Shown in pieces: positions 40,729 through 53,395 of a DNA stretch of 64,000 nucleotides. The translations under genes were made by a program, and so were the position numbers. The notes beneath the pieces were generated by a model. The model searched no databases and was not told where the DNA came from. It saw nothing but the letters and a program-made list of their open reading frames with translations. This stretch comes from Octopus sinensis. Its lineage: Eukaryota. Positions within the stretch are counted from its first letter, which is position 1, and each line of letters begins with the position of its first letter. The stretch lies in the NCBI RefSeq assembly GCF_006345805.1, contig NC_043013.1, positions 24,614,001 through 24,678,000 of the forward strand, written 5' to 3'.

Positions 40729-43700
40729 ATGTCTATTCACATTGGTTGTATAAATGTTCGTGGCCTGATGTCAAGCTGGAAGCAAGGACGCTTTCTAAAT
40801 GACACCAGGTCGAGAAATTTGGATGTAATTGTTGCAACGGAAACCCGGGTGAAGGGGCCAAGAGATCTGCTCCCCCTCCTGAACGGCTACGAGAAATACG
40901 TTTCTCCGAGTCGGGCGGGAGGTGGTGATGGGGTGTTGGTCCTACTAAAAATAAACCGGGTAGCCGAGAAAAAGTTGTTTTTTTCTGACCAAGATGGCAG
41001 GTTGGTCGTTCTCGACTTGACATTCAGTTGTGGCAAGAAAATCAGGATGGTCGCTATTTACGCACCAAACATTATTGGCCCGCAAACTTAATATTTTCGT
41101 GACCTAGGAAAGTTCCTAGCCACGTCGCATTCACTAGTACTGTTAAGAGACTCTAATACAATATGTGCAGCACACACAGATTGTGTTGGCTCGAGCTCGA
41201 ACATGAACAGAAAATGTAACCCAGGGTTTCGTGATCTGCTAAGTCAATTTCAGCTAGCAGATCAATATAGGTTGGAGCACCCGAACACTCCACAATGGAC
41301 GTGGTCAAATAGTGACGGGTCTACCAGAACATATCTTGATAAGATTTTAATTAGAGTAAAAGATAAGTCCATAGTTGAGTGTCCACAGTTTTTTCTAGTC
41401 AGCTACAGTAACCACAAGATGGTTACCTGTAAACTGACGGTAGATAAGTTGCATAGACAGGGATCTGGCTACTGGAAACTCAATACGTCCCTTTTGGCGA
41501 TTGAGGAGTACAGAAAGCGGATCAAGATGTTAATACAGAGGGCATTAACAGGTACCATCATTAATAACAAATGGTGGTACGACCTAAAAAGAGCCATCAA
41601 ATATGAGTCTATTAGGTTTAGCATAAGTTTAGCTAAGAAGGGACGTAAAATAGAAGATGGTCTAGTTAAGGAACTAGAAGAAGCCTGGAGGACTGGCAAT
41701 GCAGACCAAGCGAGGGTGAAAAGACTGGAGTTAAACCAGCATCTTGAAGCCCATCACATGGGAAGTATTGCCAGAGCTAAGTTACGTGCAATGGGAAGTG
41801 AAGGAATCAAGGCCGCTGGATGGGCCCGAGTGGTGGAAGCTCGGCAAGGAAATAGTTCCTCTATTCGGTCTTTGACGAATCAAAATGGTGTCTTGGTAAA
41901 CGAACCCGAGAAAATGTGTGAGGTCTTTCGGGAGTACTTCGCCCAGCTGATCGGGGGTGACGGCGGTCCTGGTGGTGGGAGAGCCCTCGAGGACTTTCTT
42001 GCCGGGCTGCCGTGCCTCTCGGGGTCGGATGCAGAGTCTTGCGAAGGGCCAATCACGCTTGAGGAGGTGATGGAGGCTTTGGCCGATTGTAAAGCGGGTA
42101 AGTCGCCGGGACTTGATGGTCTTCCGTACGAGCTGTATAAATGTATGCCAGACTTGTTCGGGCAACTACTAACTGACGTGTACGCGAACTGGAAACAGAA
42201 TGGGTTTATCCCCAGAAATGTACGCCGGGGAGTAGTGACGTTGGTCAGAAAGGACCCGGACAAGGGGGACGTTCTAGAAAATTTCAGGCCCATCACTCTG
42301 TTAAACGCAGAAGTGAAGATTTTGGCTAAGGTTCTAGCAAAAAGGTTGGCGCGTGTCGCGAATGGTATAGTCGGGGAGGCACAGACATGTGCCATCCCAG
42401 GCAGAACCATTCAGGATACCCTTCATCTTATTCGCTACACCATAGAGAGGGTTGGTAATAAATCTGGCAAAGGTGGGGCATTGGTGCATTTGGACCAGTC
42501 TAAAGCTTTTGATAGGGTTGACCATCGATACCTAGCGACTGTACTTGCGCGGTTTGGCCTGGGTCTTGGCTTCCTCAGGTGGTTTATCGATTTGTACCAC
42601 AACATTGACTCGATAGTTCGGGTGAACGGTTTCCTTTCGAAGCCGTTCTGCATCAAACGCTCGGTTCGTCAAGGATGTCCGCTTTCACCACTTTTGTATG
42701 TGATGGCTCTCGAGCCATTACTGCGAAGGTTGAATGGCATCCCGAGAGAACCAGGACTAGAGGAGTTTGTTACGGCTTTCGCGGATGATATCACTATCAG
42801 TGTAACCACAGTAGCACGCCTACGTGAAGTAGGTAAGACTATTGAGGCTTACGAGGAGGTAGCAGGAGCAAAGATTAACCGGGAAAAGTCGGTCGGCTTG
42901 CAGCTCGGCACCTGGGTTGGCAAGTCGATGCCTTCAGACAGCGTTGTTGGGCGCTGGACGGAGGGACCGGTTAAGTTGCTGGGAGTCTGGTTTGGACCAG
43001 GCCTCCTGATAGAGAAGAACTGGACGGAGGTATTGAGCAGGGTGGCTACAGTACTCAAGACCTGGTCTTGGCGGTAGCCATCCCTGAAAGGGAGGGTGGA
43101 GGTGGCCAATGTGTTTACGGCATCGGTCATTACCCACCGTCTTACCAGCGTGCCCTGTTCGGATTCGTGGTTGATCAGGTTGGAGAGACAGCTCTTTTGC
43201 TTTTTGTGGAAGGGCAGGTCGCCACTTGTGAAACGCTCTGTCTGCTGTCAAAAGCCTTTAAAGAGATGTTTAGGGATGCCTTGGTTAATGATGCGCAGAC
43301 ATGCGTTGAGGCACCTCTGGATTCTCCTGGATAGTGAACGGGTGTGGTCTCCGCTAGCCAGACAAATGTTCCCTGAGTTCAAGAGTTTTTGCGAACAGGA
43401 AGCCTGGTGTTCTCGTAGACCGAGGTCGAGTGAGTGGCATAAAGAGTGCCGTAAGGCCCTCTTGCTGTTCCGGCGCTCAGGCAACGCCAGCGGTGGGGGT
43501 TCCACACGGGTTGGTAGAGTCTGAATGCGACGACGGCCTAGGTCTCAGATTTATTCAACTGGACAGTCTGTTTCATCGTACATTCGGGTTGAGAACGTTG
43601 GACAACTTCCAAAAGTCCTTAATCTGGCAATGCTACAGAGGTGCCTTGCCCGTTTGGGATAAGCTCACAAGACATGGTAAACGTTAGTCGCCGACCTGTC

Positions 43701-44070
43701 CAAGATGCGGGGGGGGGGCGTCCCTCACGCTATTGTTCAGTGTCCGGAGATAACTGAAATGTGGGCTTATGCTGAACACCTGGTGTCCGGCGAAGGAAGA
43801 GTACAGCTGTCGACTGAGTCAATTATAAAAATTGACCCACTGGGAGTTCTAACGAACGAAGGTAAGAATTGTTTTCTCACGGTTGTAGCAATAACAAAAG
43901 AGGCAGTATGGAAGACTAGGATAAAAGGAATTAAGACAGGCAACTTTATCTCTGGTCACAATTTACGATCTTTTACTGTGACTGGAGAAGAGGTGTCTGT
44001 CGGAGTGTACGTTTCAAAAGAGATGGAAGCATGTTGCACGAGTGTTGTGCGTGCAAGGAACCGTGTGAAT
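40729..44070 (+). pseudogene. Tx1 A ORF2 (APE-RT-CCHC)
   Basis: INVRGL, ATETR, YWKLNTSLL, PGLDGLPYE, FRPITLLN, LDQSKAFDRVDH, RQGCPLSPLLY, FADD, CPRC..H..C; 624-aa open segment at 41203-43077. Confidence 0.93.
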
Positions 44071-45158
44071 AGACGGGAAAAAAGGGGGAAAAAAGGTATC
44101 AGCGGTAGATCGGGGCTTGTGGGATCGGATCGTGACCTGATCATCGCTTCATTTGAATTGTTTTTGTAATGTGTATTCCATTCAATTTTTTATGTATTGT
44201 ATTTTATTTTAAAGTCACATTTATGTAAAATCATATCGATTCACTGATCCCATCAGTTGTACTGTCCATATCTATGTTTGGCCCCCGGTGGGCAGTAAAG
44301 AAATTCGTATTTCGTCTGCCTCTACGTTCTGAGTTCAAATTCCGCCGAGGTCGACTTTGCCTTTCATCCATTCGGGGTCGATAAATTAAGTACCAGTTAC
44401 GCACTGGGGTCGATGTAATCGACTTAATCCGTTTGTCTGTCCTCTCTATGTTTAGCCTCTTGTGGGTAATAAAGAAACATACTACATCAATAATTATAGT
44501 TTAAAAAAAATAAATAGTCAAACAAAAAATCTAGTTTGTTTTGAATTCACACAAACTGCTTCATACAAGCATGCTGAGTAACCGTTAGACACAATTTACA
44601 GTTAGTTGTCTGATACAAAAAAATGGCCTACATGAAAATGTAATTCATACACCCTCCAGCTATTTATACACATTTTCCAATATTTATCTTAACAGAAAAT
44701 AGCTAGCAAAATTACGACACAACCTGCCACAAATACAGGGTTCGAAATTCACATAAATATTATAACATAACTTAAGAGATTTTTTTGTACTCACCCAGAT
44801 GTGACACAGAAATTATTTTAAAACTGACAAGCAAAAAGTTTTGGCGAATTCCTGGAGCATAAAATAATTCCGTAAATGCCTAACACAAAGCACAAAGTGC
44901 ATAAACGAAACAAGCAATCATAGCTTCCAGAATCCAATTGAACCTTGTCTCAGAAAAAAACTTTAACTGTCACAAAAAAAAAAAAACTGGGTGTACAATT
45001 ATCTCTGCTTATAAAGGTTTGCTAAGGTCTAGCCAATTTGTCTCACAGTTCTAGCTAATAACACCTAGCTTCCCCCATTTTGACAATGGATTCATCCTGA
45101 CCATGGATTCATCCTGCAGCATGAAAAACTGTTTGTTTACCTGTTTAACTTTAACATT

Positions 45159-48100
45159 GCCGGATCGCATTATTGAATTTTTGTTGGTGTGCTTGGTGAA
45201 ACTGCTGGCGTTACTGGTACTGTTGAACTCTTTTCTTCTTGTGTTGTTCTCTTATATCAATTACGTTCTGCGTTTCGCAGACGTAGTAGACTTGATTCCA
45301 CTCTGTGAGGGGAGAATTAACTAATTATCTGGTTTCTTTTTTTCCACAAAAAAATATGAATACTTCCTCTGAAGAGGATAAAAATGGAAAAGTGCAGAAA
45401 AATGCCCAGTGTCGGGAAGAAAACTGAAGAATCTGAAAGTTCGAAAATCTTAAGCGCCTACGACAGAAGAGTTGATGGCACAACCTAAGAAAATTAACTT
45501 TGCAGCGGCGGCTGGCATTCAGAAAGAAAGGCTAAATATTGAACCTGAAGCGCTAATGCAACACCAAAATATTTTTGCCGGGGAGGGAAATGATGCAAAA
45601 GACACCCTCCCTTGTGAAATTATTGAAAACACTGCAAGGAAAATTAGTGTTTAAAAGCCTCATTATAAAGGGAAAAAGTCGGTAAGGCGTCAAAGGAGGA
45701 CCTGGAGAAATGCCTCCAACCAATCTGACCAGGGTAAAAAAAGATTCGCGACCATTGTGGTCTACTTCAAAAGCGAAGAGACAGCAAGGATACATTCAGT
45801 AAAACCATTAAAAATAGCAGATATCGTGTTGCTGCCAACTTATTTAGGCAGACGCACGTCACGCATAACAGTCGACGAGATCCCGCCAGAAATAGATGTT
45901 ACCTGGCTATAGGCAGCCCTTATAATGGGGCTTGAAGACAAAATTACTGTGCTGGAGGCCTCAAAGATCCACCAGCAAAACTGGAAGGGACAGGGCCTAG
46001 AAGTAATTATTCAAGTGGCCCCCAAAAACGCTGCAAGAGATTGCGAAGAACATTCACTTGGGAGAAGAAACCACCATGCGGGTAATGGTAGAGGGGAAAA
46101 GACCCCGTTGCTACGAGTGTGTGGAAAAGGGCCACATTCGGGCAAATTGCCCTACCCGTAAGGTGGAGACGACAACAAAAAATAATACAGAAGAGGCAGA
46201 GAGGCAGGAGGTCAACTCACAAAACTCCCAGAAGTGAAAATATTCAACCAGCCAGGAGTGAGGGAACAGCATACGAATGGTCAGTTGTAAAAAGGAGAAA
46301 GGTCCCAAAAAGAAAGAATCCCAATCCCATCCCCTCAACTCCCAGCACAAACAAAACAATTCCCCTACGCAGACACACACGGAGTACAGACTGCCTCTCC
46401 TATCCACTACCCACCTAAAAAAATAATGATATCCCATCCTTTCAGCACTGATATCCCCGCTCCATCCCCCGGATATCCCCTCCTCCCAGCCCCAGAAAAT
46501 CATCCCTCCCTTCTAGTCCCGAGAAAGAGTCCCAAAACATGGCGACAGAAAACAAACTTTACTTAGTGGCGATTAACGCAAAAAATTAAAAATTAACGAC
46601 ACGACTTAAAACCATTCCGACAGCGGAGAAATACAAAGAACATTATGTAAAGCTTCCGGAAGGTATTGCAATTTATACTATTGACTCGCGTAACCTTCAA
46701 ATGTTGAAGGCTTACCACTCCACAGACATGGACCCTCCAAGGCTGGACTTCAGCAAGTCCATGTACGAGGGCCTATGTCAAAATATCCCACGAGCCCGAG
46801 AAAAGGAAAAAGAGGAGAATGAAGGCCACTGATGTCAAGGTAAGTAATGGTTAACATTCACGTAGGTTGTATAAATGTGCATAGCCTGGTGTCAAGCTGG
46901 AATCAAGGTCGCTTCCTTAATGACATCAGGTCGCACAATTTGGATGTTATTGTTGCTACGGAAACCCAGTTAACGGGGCCAAGAAAACTGCTCCCGCTTT
47001 TAGATGGTTACAAGAGTTTTTCCTCTCCGGGCTGTCCTATAGGCGGGAGCGGGGTGTTGGTCTTATAAAAAAAACGGGTTTCTGAGAAAAAGTTAATTTG
47101 TTTCAGATCCAGAAGGTAGGCTGGTCGTCATGGACTTGACGCTCAGCCGTGGTAAGATTATCAGACTGGTTGCAATTTATACACCCACAGGAAAAGGGCA
47201 AAGGGAGTATTTTCGGAACCTGGAGAAGTTTCTTGGTACATCACATTCTCTAGTTGTGCTAGGAGACTATAACACAATCTGCGACGCACGCGTAGATTAT
47301 GTTGGTTCGCGTTCTGATAGAAAAAGTGTTCCTTGCTTCCAGGATCTGCTGAGTCGCTTTGAGCTAGCAGATACATATAGGTTGGAATTTCCGAACGCTC
47401 CATTGTGAACATGGTCAAGCAGCGACGGATCTTCCAGGTCGTACCTATATAGAGTATTAATTAGAAAAGCAGATAGAAATATAGCTAAGTGGCCATAGTT
47501 TTACCCGGTCAACTACAGTGATCACAATATGGTCACCTGTAAGCTCGACATAGATAAGCTATATAATAGAGGGTCCGGTTACTGGAAACTTAATACGTCT
47601 CTTTTAGCGATTAAGGAGTACACAGACCGGATTAAGTTATTGATTCAGAGGATATTAACCGGATCCGTTATTAATAACAAATGGTGGTATGCCCTCAAGC
47701 GAAACATTAAATTTGAGTCTATTAGATATAGCATAGGTTTAGCGACTTGAGAAACTAGGAGGGTATTAGCATTAGCTAAGGACTTAGAGGAAGCAATGGA
47801 AACTGGTTCTGCGGCTCAGGTGACGACGAAGAGACTGGCGTTAAACCAGCACCCCGATCCCCAACATATGGGTTGCATTGCCAGGGCTATGCTTCATGCA
47901 GTGGGTTGTAAAGGAATCAAGGCCGCAGGCTGGGCCCGAGTGAGAGAATCCCGACGTGGTAACGATGGCACAATACGGTCTTTGACGAACCAACGAGGTA
48001 AATTGATAAACGAATCCGAGGAGATATGTGAGGCCTTTCAGGAGCACTTCGCCCAGCTTTTCGGGGGGCGGCGGATCGGATGGTAGAAGGGACCTAATGG

Positions 48101-50418
48101 ACTTCCTCACCGGGCTGCCGCGCATCTCGGGGTGGGATGCAGAGTGTAGTAAAGGTAATTGAGGTTATGGCAGACTGCGGAGCGGGTAAGGTGCCGGGAC
48201 TGGATGGTCTACCCTATGAGCTGTATAAGAGTATGCCAGACTTGTTCGGGCCACTGCTGGCGAATATCTACGCGAACTAGCAGCAGAATGGTTTTATTCC
48301 TAGATCTGTGCGCCGGGGAGTGGTGACGCCGTCAGAAAGGACTCGGACAAGGGGGATTCCATAAAGAATGTTCGGCTCATCACGCTGCTAAACGCAGAGT
48401 TGAAGATTTTAGCCAAAGTGTTATCGAAAAGATTGGCGCGTATCGCGGATGGTTTGATCGTGGAGGCATAGACATGTGTCATTCCCGGTAGAACCATTCA
48501 GGATAATCTCCATCTTCTACGGTACACTGTAGAGGAGTTTAATAACGATTCTGACAAGGGAAGGGTAGTGGTCCATTTAGACCAATCAAAGGCTTTTGAT
48601 AGGGCTGACCATAATTACTTGGTGTCTGTTCTGGCACCGTTCGGCCTGGGTTTTGGCTTCCTCAGGTGGATCCTTGAAATTTATGACAACATGGACTCGG
48701 TAATTCGGGTGAACGGCTTTTTATCTTAGCTCAGTTCGTAATGGGTGTCCGCTCTTCCGCTTTTGTATGTGATGGCTCTTGAGCCATTGCTGCAAAAATT
48801 GAGCGGCATCCCGAGACATCCAGGTTGTGGTAAGTCGGTTTCAGCGTACGCAGATGACATCACCATCATCGTAACTAAAATGGATCACACAGAGAGGGTA
48901 GGCAAGGTCATTGAGAAATATGAGACGGTGGCAGGAGCAAAGATTAATCGTGAAAAGTCAGTTAGCTTGCAGCTCGGCACCTGGAGAGGCAAGTCGATGC
49001 CTCCTGACAGTATCGTGGGACGTTGGACAGAGGGTCTGATTAAGTTGCTAGGAGTCTGGTTTGGGCCAAACCTCCAAATAGAGAAGAATTTGGCCGAGGT
49101 ATCGAGCAGGGTAGCCCACACAGTCAAACCTGGTCTTGGTGGTGGCTATCCCTGAAAGGGAGAGCGGAGGTGACCAATGTGTTCATCGCGTCGGTCATCA
49201 CCTACCGCCTAACCGTCGTTCCTTTCCCTGATTCGTGGTTGATCAAGCTGGGGAGGAAGCTCTTCCACTTCTTGTGGAAGAGCTCGAGACCACTTGTGAG
49301 ACGCTCTATTTGCTGCTAACAACCGTTAAAGGGTGGGCTAGGGATGTCTTTGCTAATGATGTGCAGACATGCGCTGAGGTTGATGCATCTGCGGTTCTAT
49401 CTGGATGGTGAACGGGTGTAGTCCCCGCTTGCGAAACGGATTTTTCTCAGGTTCAAAAGATTCAATAGACGGGAAACCTGGTTCTATCGTAGATCAAAGT
49501 TGGGTACATGGTCTACGGAATGTCGCTAGGCTCTCCTGCTATTCCGTCACTCAGGCATTGCCTGTGGAAGTGGCTCTACCGCATTCTTTTATAGAGGGTT
49601 GTAGAGGCGGAATGTGACGATACCTTAGGGGAAGCCCTAGGTCTCGATGATAATCAGCTGGCCAGTCTGTTCCAACTTACATTCGGGCCGAAGACCCTGG
49701 ACAGCTTTCTCAAGTCTGTGGCATGGCAGTATTACTGAGGAGCCTTACCTGTTCGGTACAAGCTCACAAGGCATGGTGGCCCTGGCCCACCGACCTGTCC
49801 AAGATGTGAGCGGGATAGGGAAACCGTCCTACACGCTGTTGTTCAGTGTTCGGAGGTGTCAGACGTGTGGATTTATGCTGAACAACTGTTGTCAAGTACA
49901 GGAAGAGTACAGCTATCGACTGAGTCAATAGTAAAAATTGACCCGCCGGATTTCCTATCGAAAGAAGGTAAGAATTGTTTTCTCGTCGTAGTAACAATTG
50001 TGAGAGAGGTGATTTGGAAGACGAGAGTGAAAGGGTTAAAGGCAGGCATCTTCATCTCTGGCCCTGATTTGGTGAATTTCTTCGCCTTTCACTTGAAAAG
50101 GAAAATAAGACTAGAGAGAAAATGCATGTCTGCGAAAATATTCAACAATCGATGGAAGAATGTTGCACGAATGTTGCGTCATGAATGCGACACAGAATGA
50201 GTCTCAGACATCAGTGGTGAGGCGGGTCTCGTGGGGTCAGAATTCAACCCACCTCCTCACTCCATCTGTAATGTCTTTCAGTATGTCTTATCATTCGAAC
50301 TATTAACATTTTTGTAAATTTTAAAATTCATAATTGTGTAAAATCATTCGTTAATTTGACCCCATATCAGATTTGCTGTCCCCTTCTTTGTTGCTCCCTT
50401 GTGGGAAATAAAAAATTA
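45159..50418 (+). mobile_element. Tx1/L1-clade element B, full length, heavily decayed
   Basis: ORF1 knuckle CYEC..KGHIRANC; ORF2 from 46847 homologous to A throughout; TSD taacatt at 45152-45158 and 50419-50425. Confidence 0.9.
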
Positions 50419-51923
50419 TAACATTGTTGGATTGCAATTTTGGGGTGTTGGTTTCTTTAAACGTGAGTTAAACTTGTTACACACTGTTATTGTTACACAC
50501 TATTATTATATATTGTTGTAGGTCTCCCCGTGCGGGTGAACCAAGATTCGTTAAATTGTTAAATTGTTGAATTTCTGTCGTTGTTTTGCCTGTTTCGGAA
50601 GTTGTTTCTTCCCCAGTTATGGGTGAAGTAGTGAGAAGGGGACAAATAGAGCGTGGTACAAGCTATGCAGCCGCAACTACAGAAGGTATTACGGCCAACA
50701 CCCTTGAAGTTTGCGAAATAGAAATAGAGGAGAAAAAATGGAAAGAAGGAAATGAATTGTTACAAAAGGAAGGGGCCAGCTTAAAGCTGACCCCACCAGA
50801 AGTGACGAAGAATGTAGCAAGAAGAACGGTTGTGTACAGGACGTTATCAACCGCTACCAAAAAATAGAGATTGCCCCAATAGAGGCAATAGAGGAGTGTT
50901 TAGGAGACGGGAAAAGACTAACCACCTTCTATACACGACACAGTGGAGATTAGATTCTTCAGCGAGGAGGACGCTATTAACCACTCCATTGAGCCGATAA
51001 GGACACAAGAGTGGATGCTGCTGCCGATGTATTGTGACAAACGTGTTGCCAGAGTGAGAGTCGGCAGAGTGCCCCTCGAGATTGAAGAGACACATGGCTG
51101 GTGGCAGCAGTCATGCATGGAATGGAGGAAGATGCAAAGATCCTAAAAGTAACTAGAACGAAGAAAGTTAATTGTGGGGCTACGGCCCAGAGATGGCGAT
51201 TCAGGTTGGGTTAAAAGAACTACACAGAATTGGAGAAGAGATTCTTCTACCAGAAGAAGATATTCTTTTACCACGCTAATAGTGGTGGTGGAGGGAAGAC
51301 CTCGAACATGTTATCTATGTAAACAAAAAGGGCACATGAGAGCAAGGTGCCCCCAGCAGGAAAATTCAGTGGAGGAACAACAACGCGAAGAACAGCCCGC
51401 CGAAGAGGAGGGGCCAGAAATAAGGAAAACAAAGAGGAGACGTTTACGGTCGTAAATAGGCGAAAGAGGAAATGGCGGGGGAGCTCTCCGACAGAGAACC
51501 AAAAACGAATGAAGGAAGTAGAAGAGAAAACAGAGGAGGTACAGAGGAACTGGTCAGATATAGCAGCAGTAGTATCACAACATAGAGTGGACGATTATGG
51601 TTGTGTACAGGTGGAGGAACTAAGGGAAACGAATAGCCTGGACAGCCCAGTTCCGGAGCATAAACAAATAAATGCGAATAAGAAAAAGTGGCATGTGGTC
51701 ACATATGTGAAAAGTACCATCATAGAGCGGAAAATAACGAAATTCAAAGGTGCTATAAGAATTAAAATCCCAGTAGAGAGTTGCCCGGAACACACCAAGG
51801 GTATGGTGATTGACAAAGAAAGGTACAGAAGGTTGCAAGAACTATCTGGAGAAGATGTGAACACTTATGGGGAAGAAATTGAATTTGAGGGACTACCAAA
51901 AGTAGTTGAATACGAGGAGTTAA

Positions 51924-52160
51924 TACCCGTTTCTTTATTACTCACAAGGGGCTAAACATAGAGGGGACAAACAAGGACATACAAACGGATTAAGTCGATT
52001 ACATCGACCCCAGTGCGTAACTGGTACTTAATTTATCGACCCCGAAAAGATGAAAGGTAAAGTCGACCTCGGCGGAATTTGAACTCAGAACGTAGCGGCA
52101 GACGAAATACGGCTACGCATTTCGCCCGGCGTGCTAACGTTTCTGCCAGCTCGCCGCCTT
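51924..52160 (-). mobile_element. SINE family 2, full length
   Basis: Head ggcggcgagctggcagaaacgttagcacgccgg; flanked by acgaggagtt. Confidence 0.92.
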
Positions 52161-52174
52161 AACGAGGAGTTTAA

Positions 52175-52411
52175 TACCTATTTCTTTACTACCCACAAGG
52201 AACTAAACATAGAGAGGACAAACAAGGACAGACAAACGGATTAAGTCGATTATATCGACCCCAGTGCGTAACTGGTACTTAATTTATCGACCTCGAAGGG
52301 ATGAAAGGTAAAGTCGACCTCGGCGGAATTTGAACTCAAAACGTAGCGGCAGCCGAAATACCGCTAAGCATTCCGACCGGCGTGCTAACGATTCTGCCAG
52401 CTCGTCGCCTT
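52175..52411 (-). mobile_element. SINE family 2, second full-length copy in tandem
   Basis: Same family with clustered differences; flanked by acgagg(a/c)gtt. Confidence 0.92.
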
Positions 52412-52769
52412 AAACGAGGCGTTAACTTTAATGACTGGTAATAAGGGAATCCTTTAGAAAGGAAAAAAGTAAAAAATGAAAAGAGAAAGGAAAAAAAGAA
52501 GGAAACAGACTTTGTAAAAAATGGGGAAAAAAATATGCAAAAAGATAAAAAGAAAAGTTTTCAATAATTGTCTAAATTAGCAGTTAAATGTTACTGCTTG
52601 AGAGTGGGGTTCAATGCAGTCATTCCATCATCATCGATTTCACTATACATTTTTTTCATATTCATTCGTTTTATGTTTTTTGTCCCCACTTTGGTGTTCT
52701 GACTGTCTTTGTGCGGTCCCCTCTGTAGTGCCAAAATAAAGAAGCATGTTTAACTTAACATTATATAAT

Positions 52770-53395
52770 TTTTTAATTTTTTATTTTTATTACGACCACA
52801 AGGGTCAAACACAGAGGTAGCAGCACAAGGATAAACAGAACACCTCAGTGGGGACAAAAACATAAAACGAATGAAAAACGAAATGGCTGCATGAGCCCCA
52901 CTCTCATGCAGTACCATTTGAACGTTTTTACTTGTAGTTTACAATCTCTCTTTTTCTTGTCCTTTCTCCACTAGCATCGTTCCGTTCTCTCTTTCTATAT
53001 TTTAGAACAATTTTACTTTTTTTTTAAATATCTTATGAATGGTTCTAGTTCTCTTAATTCCACTACTGGCGACAGTACGTCAAACTCCACTGCAAATCCC
53101 GGCAGACCAATGTTACACATTTCCTTCAACCTGTTGTATCTGTCTTTATCAATTACAATGGCTTCCACATTTTCTCCGTATGTATCTGTAGGCAACTTAA
53201 CCCTTATAACAGTTTTAAACTTCGTTATCATTCTTTCAGTTGCTGTGCTCTTAGCATATGTAACGAAATTTCATCTGTACTTTCTCGGCCTTCTCTCTTG
53301 TTTGCCTTTCCCTTGCTCCTCTCTTGGAGCCTTCTCTCTGTCTTTCTCTTCCTCCATTTTGGTTAGTGTCGCTGTTTCTTCAAAATTGAGTCAAT
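52770..53395 (-). mobile_element. ORF1-only Tx1 derivative D, 5'-truncated, tail-to-tail with C
   Basis: FVTYAKSTATERMITKFKTVIRVKLP..VIDKDRYNRLKE aligns with C (VVTYVKSTIIERKITKFKGAIRIKIP..VIDKERYRRLQE); stop at 53013-53015 is followed by about 245 nt of 3' UTR homologous to that of C. Confidence 0.8.

Larger units (their letters stand above)
39011..44305 (+). mobile_element. Tx1/L1-clade non-LTR retrotransposon A, full length, decayed
   Basis: ORF1 with CCHC knuckle CFLCGQLGHIRRNC; ORF2 with APE, RT and C-terminal CCHC; TSD cgtatttcgtctg at 38994-39006 and 44306-44318. Confidence 0.92.
38947..44477 (+). mobile_element. SINE family 2 split by Tx1 element A (head 38947-39010, remainder 44306-44477)
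   Basis: SINE TSD actacatcaataa at 38931-38943 and 44481-44493; head and body join into a normal family-2 SINE. Confidence 0.9.
50426..52746 (+). mobile_element. ORF1-only Tx1 derivative C (HAL1-like)
   Basis: 5' UTR, frameshifted ORF1 (VEGRPRTCYLCKQKGHMRARC) ending at a stop at 52455-52457 once the SINEs are removed, about 290 nt of 3' UTR and aataaagaa; no APE/RT sequence; TSD tgtttaactt(t)aacatt at 45142-45158 and 52747-52762. Confidence 0.8.

Noticed and set aside
52770-53395. D as the twin-priming inverted 5' part of element E
   Set aside because: D has its own 3' tail homologous to C and is not contiguous in the consensus with E's start in mid-ORF2.
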